This document shows, piece by piece, positions 39,024 through 58,152 of a stretch of DNA of 64,000 nucleotides. How positions within the stretch are numbered: the stretch's first letter is position 1; every line of letters begins with the position of its first letter. The translations under genes were made by a program, and so were the position numbers. The stretch comes from Ramazzottius varieornatus (taxonomy: Eukaryota; Animalia; Tardigrada), in the NCBI GenBank assembly GCA_001949185.1, contig BDGG01000006.1:2090827-2154826 (forward strand), given 5' to 3'. The notes beneath the pieces were generated by a model. It did not search any database. It saw only the letters and a list, made by a program, of their open reading frames with translations, and was not told where the DNA came from.

Positions 39024-40105
39024 CTTAGACATTCGATTATTTTTCTGATAGTCAGTACTCAAACTCAAGGAATGCTGTTCGTTTCGTATTTCAGTATTTA
39101 AATTTCCATGAATTTTTGTGCAACGTTGTATGCTAGTTTATTGTTTTACTCTGAACTGCGGCTTTAAATTTGTTGTTCTATCCATCGCACATATGAGAAA
39201 ATCACTCTGATCAGAAACCTCGAAAACAGTATCACTAGCTTCTGGCACCGGTCGTTCTGTTTCCGAGGAGCCAGAAGTCCTTCAGCCTGGGTCTTCACGA
39301 TGGTCAACCGGTGGTTTTTTAAGTTTTGCTAGGGCTGCGGCGGTTTTGCTGGAGCGTCGCCATTGTTTTGACAAGCAGAACGAATACACTTATGAGGTTG
39401 ATGGAAAGCGTAAGTTGTGAAAGACGAGCCGCAAGTGTTGGAACAACAGCGCGAAAAAAAGCGGACGAGCGAACAATTAAACATTGCTGACAGGTACCAC
39501 TACAAAGTGTCTTTACCGCTGTGCATTAATGAAGGATGCCAAAAGCGACCTGTTTAGCAGGAACTTTACGCGGTTCAACACACTCAACAGTAGCTGCTGT
39601 CTTTTCAACGTCTTGAAAAATCTTCGTTGAGTAAACTACACTGGCAGTGCTTCAAGCGCGTGTTTTTCAAGTGGTCGTACGCGAGCCAGCAGGACGTGAA
39701 TCTTAACGCACTCGTATGCCGGCAGCGTACCAAGCGGAGGGTCGATAATTTACTGAAAGTTGGCAGAATTGACAGAAAATAGACGCAGCTGCTGACGATC
39801 ATACGCCAGTGTCAGTTGAAAAGGACTATTACATCACAGTGGTGTTTAACCACCACTTGTTGCACGGTGCAAGTAAACTCCAACGAACGCCTACTGGTCA
39901 CTATTTTATGGTTTTGCGGAGAACTTGACACCGGTATGTTATGCCGTCATAATCATCGCAACTTCCTTGCCGGCAGTCGCCCACACGTGCCGTAACTGAA
40001 CTGTGAAATTAATCTTAGTTGGTCGCTTCTCTTCCGTTGTTGCGCCAGCTGTACCGCACTTCTCAGATTTGGATTTTCTGGGCCAGTTTTTGATTCCAAC
40101 CGACG

Positions 40106-40453
40106 ATGCGTTTACGGGATGAAGTGCCCGAGGAGGAACCTCCAGTCATTCCTTTCAGGATTCCAAGACCAAAGCTACTGCCATCGTTGATTATTCTCCG
40201 AAATTTTATCCTGGAAGGGAGGACCATATGGACAGCATCGTGGTGGCTGGAAGAGTACTTGCCGCTGTGGTATTCTCAAGTCGTTACGGGCGAGGTGGAG
40301 TCGGTGGGAGACAATGAACCACGCATGACCGAATGGCTAGATCAGGATCTAGACGTTAGTCAAGCGGCGCCACCAGTCTCCATACCACCACCGGATTATC
40401 CTCATCACGCAATACAGACGGATGTTGCTGCTGATCAAGATGTGGATAGGTAA
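40106..40453 (+). CDS. Possible small hypothetical protein (115 aa)
   Basis: ATG-initiated ORF with acidic/Pro/Trp-rich, protein-like composition; no homology recognised. Confidence 0.3.
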   Translation: MRLRDEVPEEEPPVIPFRIPRPKLLPSLIILRNFILEGRTIWTASWWLEEYLPLWYSQVVTGEVESVGDNEPRMTEWLDQDLDVSQAAPPVSIPPPDYPHHAIQTDVAADQDVDR

Positions 40454-42409
40454 CGGTAGAGCAATGAGCTGCACAATGGATTACGTGCGTCTGTTTACAT
40501 AAAGGATCCGCATCACCTGTCTACAGAGTGAGAAACCTGCTGTTCGTAAGCTGGACTTTGCACGGTACTTGACGTCAAGTGGTCCTTATCACGCGTGGCA
40601 TGCGAAGAACCTGATGCCAAAGTCGGTGAAATCTGGTTCGCCGTTGAATACTACTTTAGATCTGAAGTTTCTGAACATTAAACAATTTCAAAATTCTCCT
40701 ATAGACAGTCGGTACTTTTCTCTGACGGACTACTCAAATTTCTGACTGTTTTACATGCACGAAAGTAACAATTTATTGTTGCCTTAAGTATGAGCTTTTA
40801 TCTGCCGTCGTACCTATATAGCTAGGTTCTTGCTAACTATAAGTCACAATGTATCGGGCCAGCTCAACACATAAAGTACCGATAGATGTAAAATGGGTCT
40901 CTGAATCTTATTCAATGATACCGTACTCAACTAAGTCCGTGAACGGCAACAGCGGTATACCGAAATTCGGGTAAGCGTTATTTTCATAATATCAGGTATG
41001 TAACTATGACTTTGCGCTTTTTCCGAGGGAAGTTTTGAAAATTCATACCACTTGCTTTTGACGGAATTTCTCGCTTCGTCTTTTCGTAAACCATAGTAGA
41101 TATAGTAGCCTTTTTCAAAAAGTTTTGGAAACCCTGATTCGTTCGTTTGTGGGGTATTGTGCGAGAATGCTCTGTGATCGCGAATTCTCAAAAATTACCT
41201 CCATCTGGAACTCTATTTCTTGTAGTCCCACCAAGACAGCTAAAAATTCAGACACTACGGTAAACATAACTTCAACGACGACGCTGTTGAATGATCGTTT
41301 CAGTATAGGCAGTGCCTATTCAGTTAATAGTCCCATAGGTTGATTGCTCGAACGGTTAGAATGGCATCAGCTTTGTCGAACTTTCTCACAAGGCTTTGCC
41401 GCAACGAGGAAACACGAGATTTCGATTGGTTTAGAAACACTGGGGCTTCGTTCGAACGCGTGCGTGTCGCCTCCCCTTTCCTGTACCGCGGAGCGCGGGG
41501 AGTCCACAGCTCGTAATAGGGTGCGACAAGCACACACATACTTGACATGCTCCCACTCAGTTGTGCGCATCCACCAGTGGGTTGGCGTTTTTCTACCTGT
41601 ACTCTAATCAGCGATCGGACCGTTGTTCGACTGTTTTTATATTATCCCGCTATACAGCTGTTGGATTATTAACTGAATAGGCACTGGTATAGGCAAGAAC
41701 AGTCTACTCCATAAGTTAGCCAGGTGGGAGAAAACGCTTCGAAAAACTGACATCGGACGAAACAAAACTACGTGCTCTGAAAGCCAGACGAAAGCAAAAC
41801 TTTTCAAACTTAGAAAGTGGGTAGTATATACATTGGTGTACTCCCCAAGAGCGTTGGCTCTCGGTTTCGTTCGGCAGTCATAGAGAGAAAAATGTCGAAC
41901 CTCACACCTCACCAAAGTGGCGCACGTCGACAACCATAACTTTCCACCCTGTTTTGCACGAAATTTCTTTTTTCAACTCCTCAAAGCATATCTTTTGAGG
42001 TTTCTTTATTGCAGTTGACAGACCATCTTCAGTACTAAAAAACTGTCTTATCATTCTCGAATTTAAAGTGCCTGTTTCGCGCGAAAAGGTTTTCGAAATG
42101 CTTCTGATCAGTACCGAGTCTCGCTCCTTCCAATATTGTTCTTGTTTCCTGTTCTCATTGCACTGACCGGACTTTGCTTTTTAAAAATCGGCAAGATTCT
42201 GCTACACAGACAGGACATGAGCTGAGTTTTGGAAATTTGTACATGCGCTCGGAAAATATGTTTGAAAGCCTTCTACTGAAAACCGCAAAGTCATACTTAC
42301 AGACATGATATTAACAGAACCGTTTTCTTTCGCACAAGGCATCACATGATTGAATTTAGAAAGGTTGTCGCGGGGGATTACATGGACGCAGATCGATAAC
42401 ATCTCGGTA

Positions 42410-42606
42410 CACGCACGACGAGAAAGTTTGGAGCACTAAAAAGTTTGGAACAGGCGATTCTGAAACAGCGGGACGGAATTCTGTACGTACGTGTGCCATT
42501 CTCACTAATGCACTTTCTGACTATTTTCGACGGTTGTGCTGTCAGTTTGCCGTCTTTTCCGCCTGTTCCAAACTTTTTACTGCTCCAAACTTTCTCGTCG
42601 TACGTG
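42410..42606. mobile_element. MITE, diverged family A subfamily (197 bp, TA duplication)
   Basis: CACGCACGACGAGAAAGTTTGGAGCACTAAAAAGTTTGGAACAGGCG / CGCCTGTTCCAAACTTTTTACTGCTCCAAACTTTCTCGTCGTACGTG; shares TTTGCCGTC..TCCGCCTGT with copy 1. Confidence 0.9.
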
Positions 42607-43075
42607 TACTGATAGTGCAGTGTTCCCAGACGGTTCGTAGCACCTCCACGAGCGGACTTCGTCGAGGTTGCTTCGGTTGCTTATGACGGGTCCTCAAACT
42701 GCGGGGAATATTTCGAACCGCAGGACATCATTGATTATAAATATTATGTTTATTAACCTTTACAGTGACCCAAAGGCATTCTTAAGTATTGATAACTTCA
42801 TTCATCAACGAGAGAGCTTCCCATGAAGACCGCACCTCTGGAACTACTCGACTTTATTAGCTTTTGTTATTCGAAAACCACGCGCTATAATGTGCGTCAA
42901 CGGAAAAAGCATTAGACTGATATATCAAGTCAATGCTTTTGATATCAAAAACTGTTCTTCCGGTTTTTGAGGTTGTTTTCCGCAGACTAGCTATTAGACG
43001 GGGGTTCTCATATGCTGAAGACAGCTACATCTTCGGCAATTAAATCTTTTCCTCGAATGCGTAGTACGCAGAATC

Positions 43076-44731
43076 ATGAATGCGTCGGCAGAGTTCGTAA
43101 ATCTGAGCGCCCATTCACAGCCGCGGAGCCCCCTGTCAGAATTTAGCGCGTGGTATACATTATCTTCTGGCATAGCCACCTTAATCCTCAACTTCCTCAT
43201 CGTCGCTGCTTTTATCAGAAAGGCGGAACTACGTACACCATTCATGATCTACGTTTTCCAGCTCTCAGTATTCGAGATAGTCCTGGCCTGTACCGTTGTT
43301 CCAGGGAACTTCTCCCGAATGTACTATGGCTACTGGTTCTTTGGCGACACTGGTTCTTTGGCTTGCACTGCATTCTTGTACCTCAACGGGATCGTGGTAT
43401 CGGGCGTGCGCTATGCTCATGTTCTAATCACTGTTAATCGATTCTGGGCGGTCAGCTTCCCGGTTACTTACCGTAACCATCATTCTAACAAAGTCGCCTG
43501 CATTATCATAGCGATAAAATGGCTCTACGTCCACGCCATTTTTTTGCCAAGCCTCATTCCAGGTCGTATGTTTCCCAAAACCGGAGATCGCCAGTGCGTA
43601 CTGAATACAAGCTTTCAACCCGGACCAGCGGTCCTTTTCATTGTTATGGGGTTCGACTTCCCCGAGTTTATCATCTTGGCGTTCTACCCTATAATCCAGT
43701 ATAAGGTTTGGAAAAGACAGAAGGCCTCGACCACCAGGCGAAACCAAATAAGCCTGATGTCCAGTTCGAGGCCTGTTGTACCGAGTATGTGTATTGTATC
43801 GAGTAACTTTACGAGGGGATTATGCCTGTCCCCACCTCCCGACGGTCAAACCGTCCCGCCAGAACGCTAGAGGAGAGTTTCTTCTATAATATGGGCCAGG
43901 GAGCTGAATCCCGCGATGATCATGGAATAAACTACAGGGCTAGGAAGTGACGGACCTCAAATACTGCAGTGACGTAAGATCTTTGATTGGAAGTTTGATT
44001 GAACAGATTGCAACTCAGTCGATCAGCTGTTCCGTCAGATTAGGTCTGGATGGTGTGCTATCGAGCATCATCGACCAGTTGTGGCACACTGTTCGGTCGT
44101 CCTGTTGCTCAGCTGAGCGGCTTGTCTGTAATGTCTTCAATCAACACTCCCAATCAAAGAGCTCAACGTCACTGCAGCATACTGGAGCGGTCAATGGACG
44201 TTCGTTTCCGAGTCCCATAGTTCATTCCAGGATCATCGCGGGATTTAGCTCCCTGGCTCGTATCATAGAACAGACTCTCCTCTATCATTCTGGCGGGACG
44301 GTTTGACCGTCGGGAGGTGGGGACAGGCATAATCCCCTCGTAATCAAAATTTTCAACTCTTTTGACAGTTAGAGTATGGTGCAGTACATCTGCTGATCGT
44401 TTTAGCTGCCTCCGGTGGACCCCCCATTTCTATGCCGCACAGCGTGCCTGACGAAAACGAAAAGGAGACCGGAACAAGTCGGGACCCTCGCCGTAGCAGA
44501 TCCACTCCATACAACGGAACACTGACGGCGTTGACTGTGGCTGCCCTGTTGTTTTTCACCCCGAACAACGTCTTTTACTTCCTAGTTAACTACAGAAACT
44601 ACTGGAACGCCCACTTTTTCGCCGTTCAAAATGCCCTTCTTTACACACTCTCATGGATCAATCCAATCATATTTTATTTTTCTTTGAAAAAATTGCGAGT
44701 AGCTGTCAATAATTTGTTTACACGCCGGTAA
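43076..44731 (+). CDS. Class A (rhodopsin-like) orphan GPCR; exons 43076-43784 and 44406-44731
   Basis: TM1-5 in exon 1 (LNFLIV, YGYWFFG...C, ITVNRFWAVSFP as a DRY variant, FDFPEFII); phase-1 GT-AG intron joins in frame to TM6 (FFTPNN) and TM7 (WINPIIFY). Confidence 0.9.
43812..44340. mobile_element. Foldback-like non-autonomous mariner-type element (529 bp, TIRs over 100 bp, TA duplication) in the GPCR intron
   Basis: TA-CGAGGGGATTATGCCTGTCCCCACCTCCCGACGGTCAAACCGTCCCGCCAGAA with its exact inverse ending at 44340-TA; imperfect symmetry continues inward. Confidence 0.93.
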
Positions 44732-45849
44732 CTTCACAGAATTTTAGCTTCGATTTTGTAGAGGACTTACCAACTGCTGACCGGTGCACATATCACAGCA
44801 CGGTTCGATCGAATTAAACCTCCAGAGAACTACAAGCCAAAAAGCTAGTTAGTGTTCCCATCCAGGAACACTAGCTAGCTACGGGCGACTTCGCCGAACA
44901 GTTAACAATATGAAGACCTCTGTCTGGTGCGTTAAGGCGGGATTAGCCGAAGAATTAGTACATTTCGGGAGGAAATTTCCTACGCTTTATGGACTTACAA
45001 TTTTCATATGACACTAGTGCAGCGATACAAAGAGATGATCAAACGGAACAATGCAGGCTGTCGCGTTGGTCACAATGGTTTTATCGCCCTGCTGTATCGC
45101 CGTAAACAGGAATTTGTTGTGCCAAGGTTTCATCCTGACCGATTGGTCCTACGAGGAGCCACCAAACACCAAATATCCATATTTAGATAACTAAGCGTGG
45201 CTGCACATTCTATCCTATTGCTGGAAAGATGCAATACACTCGAATTCGTAGGACCACGTCAAAAACGTCATGGCTCATTACTGGGCGGTGATATTGAACT
45301 GGAGATTTTTTCTTCATGTAGTTAACTTCTCGATCTACCCTATTGCCATATGGAAAAATGCCTCCCGAGAACCCTTCCAAAGGCTAGTCTTGCCATAAAT
45401 GTATCTGATCTACTCCTCTGTGGACTACCAAAATTGTTATCCGGGTGAACAGCGCTATAAATGGTTCGAGCAGTGTTTTCATGGCGAAGACGAGCAAGAT
45501 AGGATCGCACAACAGTTCGACACGTACAAGCTGGTGATAAAGCGCGAACGCTGTTTGGCCTGCTCTGCGAATATCAAAATCCTGTAACGTAAAATATATT
45601 TGGTCTGCTATGTATTAGACACACTGCCGCATTGAGACTGAGCATCGATAAAGTCAGCTAGGAAAGGGCTACGACGAAGTTTTCCCCGTATGTTGTCAAC
45701 GTGGCAAAACAGCCTTTCTTAGGAAAGACTATCCTGTGGAAAGACCGCAAGTTCGTTAGCTACTATTCCTTCCTCTGTATTTTTGAAAGGTTAACGCGCC
45801 CTTTCTAATCGAGGTTAGAGCAGTTGGAACCTCGTATTGCCCTTTCTCC

Positions 45850-46581
45850 ACCCGGTTGCCGCGTCTGTGCGCCCCTCTGCGTAGGTTATTTTACAGACGC
45901 GAAGGATAGATGAGCTAAAACGCAGCCGTCGCTTCCTACATGATGAACTGCCTGAGCATGGACCGCGGCCGCGGTGCGAGGACATAGAGCGAGCAACAAT
46001 ACACGTCGGGAGGGTTTCGAGTCGCCAACTCGCCGAGAAGCAGGCCTAGGAGTGCAGTGAAACGCACAGCCAGGATCCTGCACAAATAAACCAGGAATTG
46101 CGAAGGGAATTGTGGGCGTTGTGCTCACGGTAGTGAACGGGCCATATGACCGCCCACAGACGGCTCGGTGCGACAAGAGGATGTGGGCTTGGTGCGGATC
46201 GGATAAGACAGGGTTTTCATCCATTTTCAGCCTGCGGACAAGAATTCCTTTTCCGCGGATAGAAAATGGGTAAAAACCTTTAATTATCTTATCCGCGACA
46301 AGCCCAAGAAGATGCGCGTGATTTACGAGCCTACCTCAGTAAGTTGACGAAGCGGAATAAAATGTACAAGGTAACGGTGGGGTACCGAAGAATAGATGCC
46401 AGATAATCACCAGGTTGGTAATGTATGTTGAAGCGTGATACGCATTGGCGCAACGTAAGTTACAGATGTACAATTTGAAGGAAGTTCTGGCTCGGTCCTC
46501 GAAGATGACGTGAACCAGCAGACTGTTGGGAAGAACGCGGGCATATTGATAAAGACCCGAAAGATGGCTCGAAAATCCCAC
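45850..46581 (-). pseudogene. Decayed class A GPCR pseudogene
   Basis: PNSLLVHVIFEDRARTSFKLYICNL (TM1-TM2), WHLFFGTPPLPCTFY (ECL1-TM3), then a stop and HAHLLGLVADKII, paralleling LNFLIV..LRTPFMIYVFQL..WFFG..CTAF..YAHVLITVNRF in the neighbouring GPCR; several stops; 3' limit approximate. Confidence 0.55.
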
Positions 46582-48169
46582 TGGGCATCCACATACGCAG
46601 ATTCTCGATGGGAGTAATGCTCATTTCCAGTCATTGTCAAAAGCGGTACACCGTTGTATATATTTCTTCACTTCAGCCGACGTCCAGCGAAACCTTTAAG
46701 GTAAGACGAACCCGCAAACGGGGTTCTTGAGCATGATCTCGCAGACCATCTAGCCGTGTAGAGGAAACCTTCGTCTGCCAGAAGATGTTTCTTATGCATA
46801 TGAGAGTTCCATGGGCAGAATCACACCCCAAAATTTCTTCAACAAGGGGTTACTGGAACTTCCGATTGACCAGTCGAGAGGTGAAAGGGACCCTGCCTGC
46901 ACCTGCAGGATTCCTTTTACTGTTTACTCGCCAGCGTCACTAATAACGCGGACAGAAGAGTCTTTAATAACACGTGCCTTTTGGGGTATTGGTACTCAGC
47001 ACGTCGGAAAAGTGGTCGATAAAATAAACCATAGACTGCCCGGGCTTAGTGCACGGAAAGAGCACGGAAGACGGGCGTTGAAAGTGCTGTTACTTTGATG
47101 ACATATTGCCAACAGTCCATCCGAGCTACTTCAATATTCAATGAAAATCAAAAGCTACTCAGAAAATCCCAGAATGTTCACGGATCTGGGCGAGAGGTGT
47201 AAAAATCTTTCTACCGCAGGGACGGCTTTTACAGTGCAGAGGTTTCCAGCAATGCCGCTTTAAAGAGTCTCTTCAGTCATTAAAGAATCATTGTACCACA
47301 CCCGAAAATGGTCTCCAGATTCCTTGAGATTCAATCAGGTGCATTATCTGTACTTTCGTCCTCATTGTAAAATTTAGCCCACCATTCTTCTCGATCGGGT
47401 TCTGTCCCGATGGGCGAACTTTATCTCATTCATTCGTGTCGCTACACGAGATTTTATTCCACCGCCCACCCTAAATTCTATGTACTGGCTTTTTGCTCAA
47501 TAAACGGAGCATTCAGCCTCGCGTCGCATCCGAATTATGAGTGCTTCCATTTCGGCAAGCTACTTCCGCGTTCGTACACTACTGAACGAACGCGGAAGTG
47601 ACTTTGCCGGAATGGAGGTAATCGTAATTCGGATGCGACGCGAATCCGAATGGCCCCTTTATTGAGTAGGGAACCAGTAGATAAAAAGTGAGGTTGGCGG
47701 GTGGAAGACATTCTCGTGTAGCCACACGAGAAACAAAACGAATGAAATGAGGTTAGCTCGTCGGCATGAAACATGAACGAGAGGAACGTAGGCTACGTTG
47801 TACAGTGGGGGTGAAAGTACAGATAAAGGACCCGTTAACGATTATGACAAGCCAAATGAGGCGTAACAATATGAACCAGCAGGAAACAGTGAGAAGAAGG
47901 AAAGGAGAAGGTGCGGTGTGATGGGAAAACCGTGAACGGCACACATTAACCAAAATTGAAGTCGGTGTAATCTTAATTGCATGTTTGTTGATTGCTGTGG
48001 CTTCTTCAGCACTGCTACTGTAGGAACATGTATGGGAGGGATCTTTTTGCGCTTATTTCACCAATGTCCACTACGAGTAGTATAAACCCACGGAGTACAG
48101 TGGTATCAAAACCATCATGCTACCAAAGCAACAAGTCAGGATGGGTAAAAAATGCTTGCTCTCGAATAA

Positions 48170-54693
<6,524 letters not shown>

Positions 54694-55378
54694 CACTTAG
54701 CTTGCAGCCATGTATTCTGCCGCACCCTGTCGAATGAGGGAACACTCACAGAAGATAACAACTGGGTTTCATCGTTTCCACCAAAACTGGTTAGTACTTC
54801 TTGCTCAAAAACTGGTCTCTGTGCTGTACCACACAGTTTGGACTGCAAACTAAAGACAGTAAACTTTGGAAAAAAAGTTTTGCAAAATACCTGGTGGTAC
54901 GTCGCAGTTTTTCGGCGTGTGCTTTCTCGCTGTTTTCGCTTGCTTGATCAATAAGAGCGAGTAAAATTGGTTTTCCATGATACAGCAAGGTATCTACTCT
55001 TACAGTTCGAAGTTCGACAATTTTCGCTTTCTCGAGGAATGCAGGGTACTGTTTTGTTACATCAGTTTGTGGTTGTCGAAAATCTTAACTTCCACCCAGC
55101 TATTTTTTCAGCCAAGCTTTCTCAAACTGAAACAAAACAGCTGTTTGATAGCGCGGCCCTTAGGTTCTCATTTCTTGCTTTCTGTTTGATTTGTACCGGT
55201 TAGTGGGCCGCAAAATGTTTTCTTGTAACAGCGCGGGGCGTTTTCGGGCTGAAGACGCGGTTTTGGAATGCGAAGTTTTCAAATTTTCAATTAACAAGTT
55301 GGTGCAGACCGACAAAGCATACTTCGGAACTGCAGCTCTCTTCCAACAAAGACTGGAAAAGAACAACAGAACTCTAGA

Positions 55379-55476
55379 AAGTTCTGCGCTGTCACTGTCG
55401 AAATTCTGCGCTGTCACTGTCGAAATTCTGCGCTGTCACTGTCGAAATTCTGCGCTGTCACTGTCGAAATTCTGCG
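55379..55476. repeat. Minisatellite, 22 bp unit AAATTCTGCGCTGTCACTGTCG, about 4.4 copies
   Basis: Direct reading; units nearly identical and directly abutting. Confidence 0.95.
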
Positions 55477-56222
55477 ATCACCCCGGGGCCCAATTTATGG
55501 CCAGTCATCTGACCATGCCGAACTCTTGAGCGAATACAGAATTACTGCAGTTTCGAGAATTCCCTTCCTGTTTTCCTCTCCAGGAACTTTTCCGCGGACA
55601 TCAACAACTTAAGAAAAGCCGACGTTTACAGTAGTCCCAAACTGGAAGTAGAGATGCCGGGAACAGATCAGCAGACTGATTCTTTAGACCTTCGTACTAA
55701 TTTTTGGAGTGTTGATCCCATGCTTGACCGGCTGACACCCAGAAAATCCATAATCATAAAACGAACGGTAAAATCACAAATCGGACTCCGTCATGAACTT
55801 CGCTTGCAATCGTACCGTCCATAGAAAAATTTTGGAACGAATCCGCCAAGCCAGTTTCCAGAAATCGAAATTTCAAAAACTGAAGGATAACAGTATATAT
55901 AAATTAGGACAGAGGAATTGCCAGAAAAATGTAGCCAGTTATTTCGCCAGCCCAGCAAAGCCAGAGTTCAGATAGAATTTTACATGTATTAATATATTTT
56001 GACTTGCGCCAGTTGAACAGTGTGCACAGTCTCGCGATCAGACCATGAGCGCCGGTGCTGTGCTACAGTACTGAAGCAATACAGAGCCGGCATGATTTTT
56101 ATTATGATGACCAGCAATTTCTTCAAAAGCTGAGTAATTACAGGACTAGGCCTTAGACAGAGGTGCCCTAACATTCCAAGAAACTTGCCGGTGAGCAGCT
56201 TACTTTAGGAAACCATGACTTA

Positions 56223-56873
56223 CGAGGGGATTATGCCTGTCCTCCGCCTTCCCTTCCCCTTCCGATAGCACCATGGATCCAGTTAATCCNNNNNNNNNNN
56301 NNNNNNNNNNNNNNNNNNNNNNNNNNNNNNNNNNNNNNNGCTGTATGTGGCCTGTGTCTTTGGGCGGTATCGTATTTCCCGCCAGGTCGATCTGGACGTC
56401 TAAGTATAAGATCAAGCCTGAGACATGCTTTAAAATAGCGATATAACGGTGAAAGTTTACAGTACCCTTGATGAATGTCTTTAACATTCTGTCAGATTCG
56501 CTCGGAGGGTCGCTTAGTTGAAAATGTTGCTCGTAGTCCGACTGCAGTAGTTTCAAAATGTTGAAGGGATTAACTGGATCCATGGTGCTATCGGGAGGAG
56601 AAAGAGATTCTCAAAAACAGAAGTGATGAGCTTGCATGCTGAAGCACGATGTAGCTCTGTCAATCAGCAACGAATCAACCACATGGAAATCAAACCGCTT
56701 GATTGACTAACTGTGTACCGCCCAGATTTTGACGTCACTTCCGGTTCCTGTATAGGCTTCCAGGATTTCATTCGGCAGTCTACGCCAGTTTCAGATGATG
56801 GAGCAGACTCTTCTCTACCATTCTATCATACCAGAATATTTCGGGAAGGCGGAGGACAGGCATAATCTTCTCG
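56223..56873. mobile_element. Non-autonomous mariner-type element related to 43812-44340
   Basis: TA-CGAGGGGATTATGCCTGTCCTCCGCCTTCCC / GGGAAGGCGGAGGACAGGCATAATCTTCTCG; the first 20 bp are identical to the 43812 element; contains an N gap. Confidence 0.85.
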
Positions 56874-58152
56874 TTAGACTGTGTACGGCGGAGGTGACCA
56901 TAGCCTCTGACAGAGACCAAGGCACAAAAATAAGGCATTGTCTTGGACATCATCGTGTCGAGGGTGTACGGCGGCAGCGCGATAACGCCGAAACACTAAA
57001 ATTCGCTCCGTTGCCGGATATCGGTACATGACCAATTCAAAGCCATAAGCTCTCAATGATAATCCTCAGCATCCTGGCGTTTTGATTCACACTTGCTTTG
57101 TATCAAAATGTAGGGAATTGATTTCTCTATCGTTTAATACCGAGCAGGTCACAGGACAACGTTTCTGCAGGCTCCAAAGTTAAATACGGCTAAAGGGGGA
57201 GGGAAGCCGTAATGGGACCCACACGTAGCCACACTGAATTCTCAAAGTCTCAAAGAACCCAAAGGAATTATTAATAGTGAGTGCAATGCAATGAATCTTT
57301 TTCGATAACAACTTCTGCTCACCTTATCGAACGAAGCTGCAGTCGTGTCAGGTGTATTCACGGTTCCGAATCTGTTTCCCATGCAAAGATACTCCAGGTC
57401 ATATCTCGCACGTGTCACATGACTGCGGTATAATAACCGAGCAAGCTACGGTAATGATCGATAAATTTTATCTTGTGCTGTCATGCCGGGCACCACCTTG
57501 GGCCGTAAGCCACAGACAGCTCATACCTTCCGCCTTTATCACTCTCTACGCAAGTACTATCGAGTAGATTTTTTCCTATCAAACACAAAATCAACAGTTT
57601 TCTACAAATACGCATTTGTAGCCATCGATCGTGACGATTCATGACTCAGCAAAAGCTGGCGAATCAATCTTCGAGGTCTCGTTGCTGTCTCGTGCACTTA
57701 GACGCACTGTCGAGTAGCACACCAAAGCAGTATGACCAACAACTCCGTACCGGTGCAGCTCGAAGTGTTTACCGTCTAGGAACAGACGGAACCAGTCTCC
57801 CACACATTAAAATGATGCTCTTTATACAGTCAAGGCCACCTCGCGATATCATGTAGATTCTGTTTCGATTTTCTGTCTAAGAAAACATAACCTAAGAGCA
57901 CGTCCTCAAATATTCTCAGTTTTGACCAGCCAAACTAATGCGTTATGCCGCCTTGAGCATGCCCCAGCGACGCCATCTGTCGAGTCGTGTCGCCAGGCGC
58001 TCATTGGTAATTTGATGAAAATCAGTTTTATGGGATTGGTTTGGTCCGGTATTCTGTGATTCTATAGATCGTTGTACATGTAGGAAACTCGACTCCAAAT
58101 ACTGTCAGAAAACACTACGCTGAATGTGCTGACAAGTTCATAATTCAAATAT

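Noticed and set aside
43785-43870. A 5-TM truncated GPCR ending at 43870
   Set aside because: This is read-through into the intron and transposon; a clean in-frame splice supplies TM6-7
44940-45760. Coding-like fragments (45008-45190, 45399-45587)
   Set aside because: No recognisable family or consistent exon chain
55379-55476. CRISPR-like array
   Set aside because: The units abut with no spacers, the context is eukaryotic, and there are no cas genes
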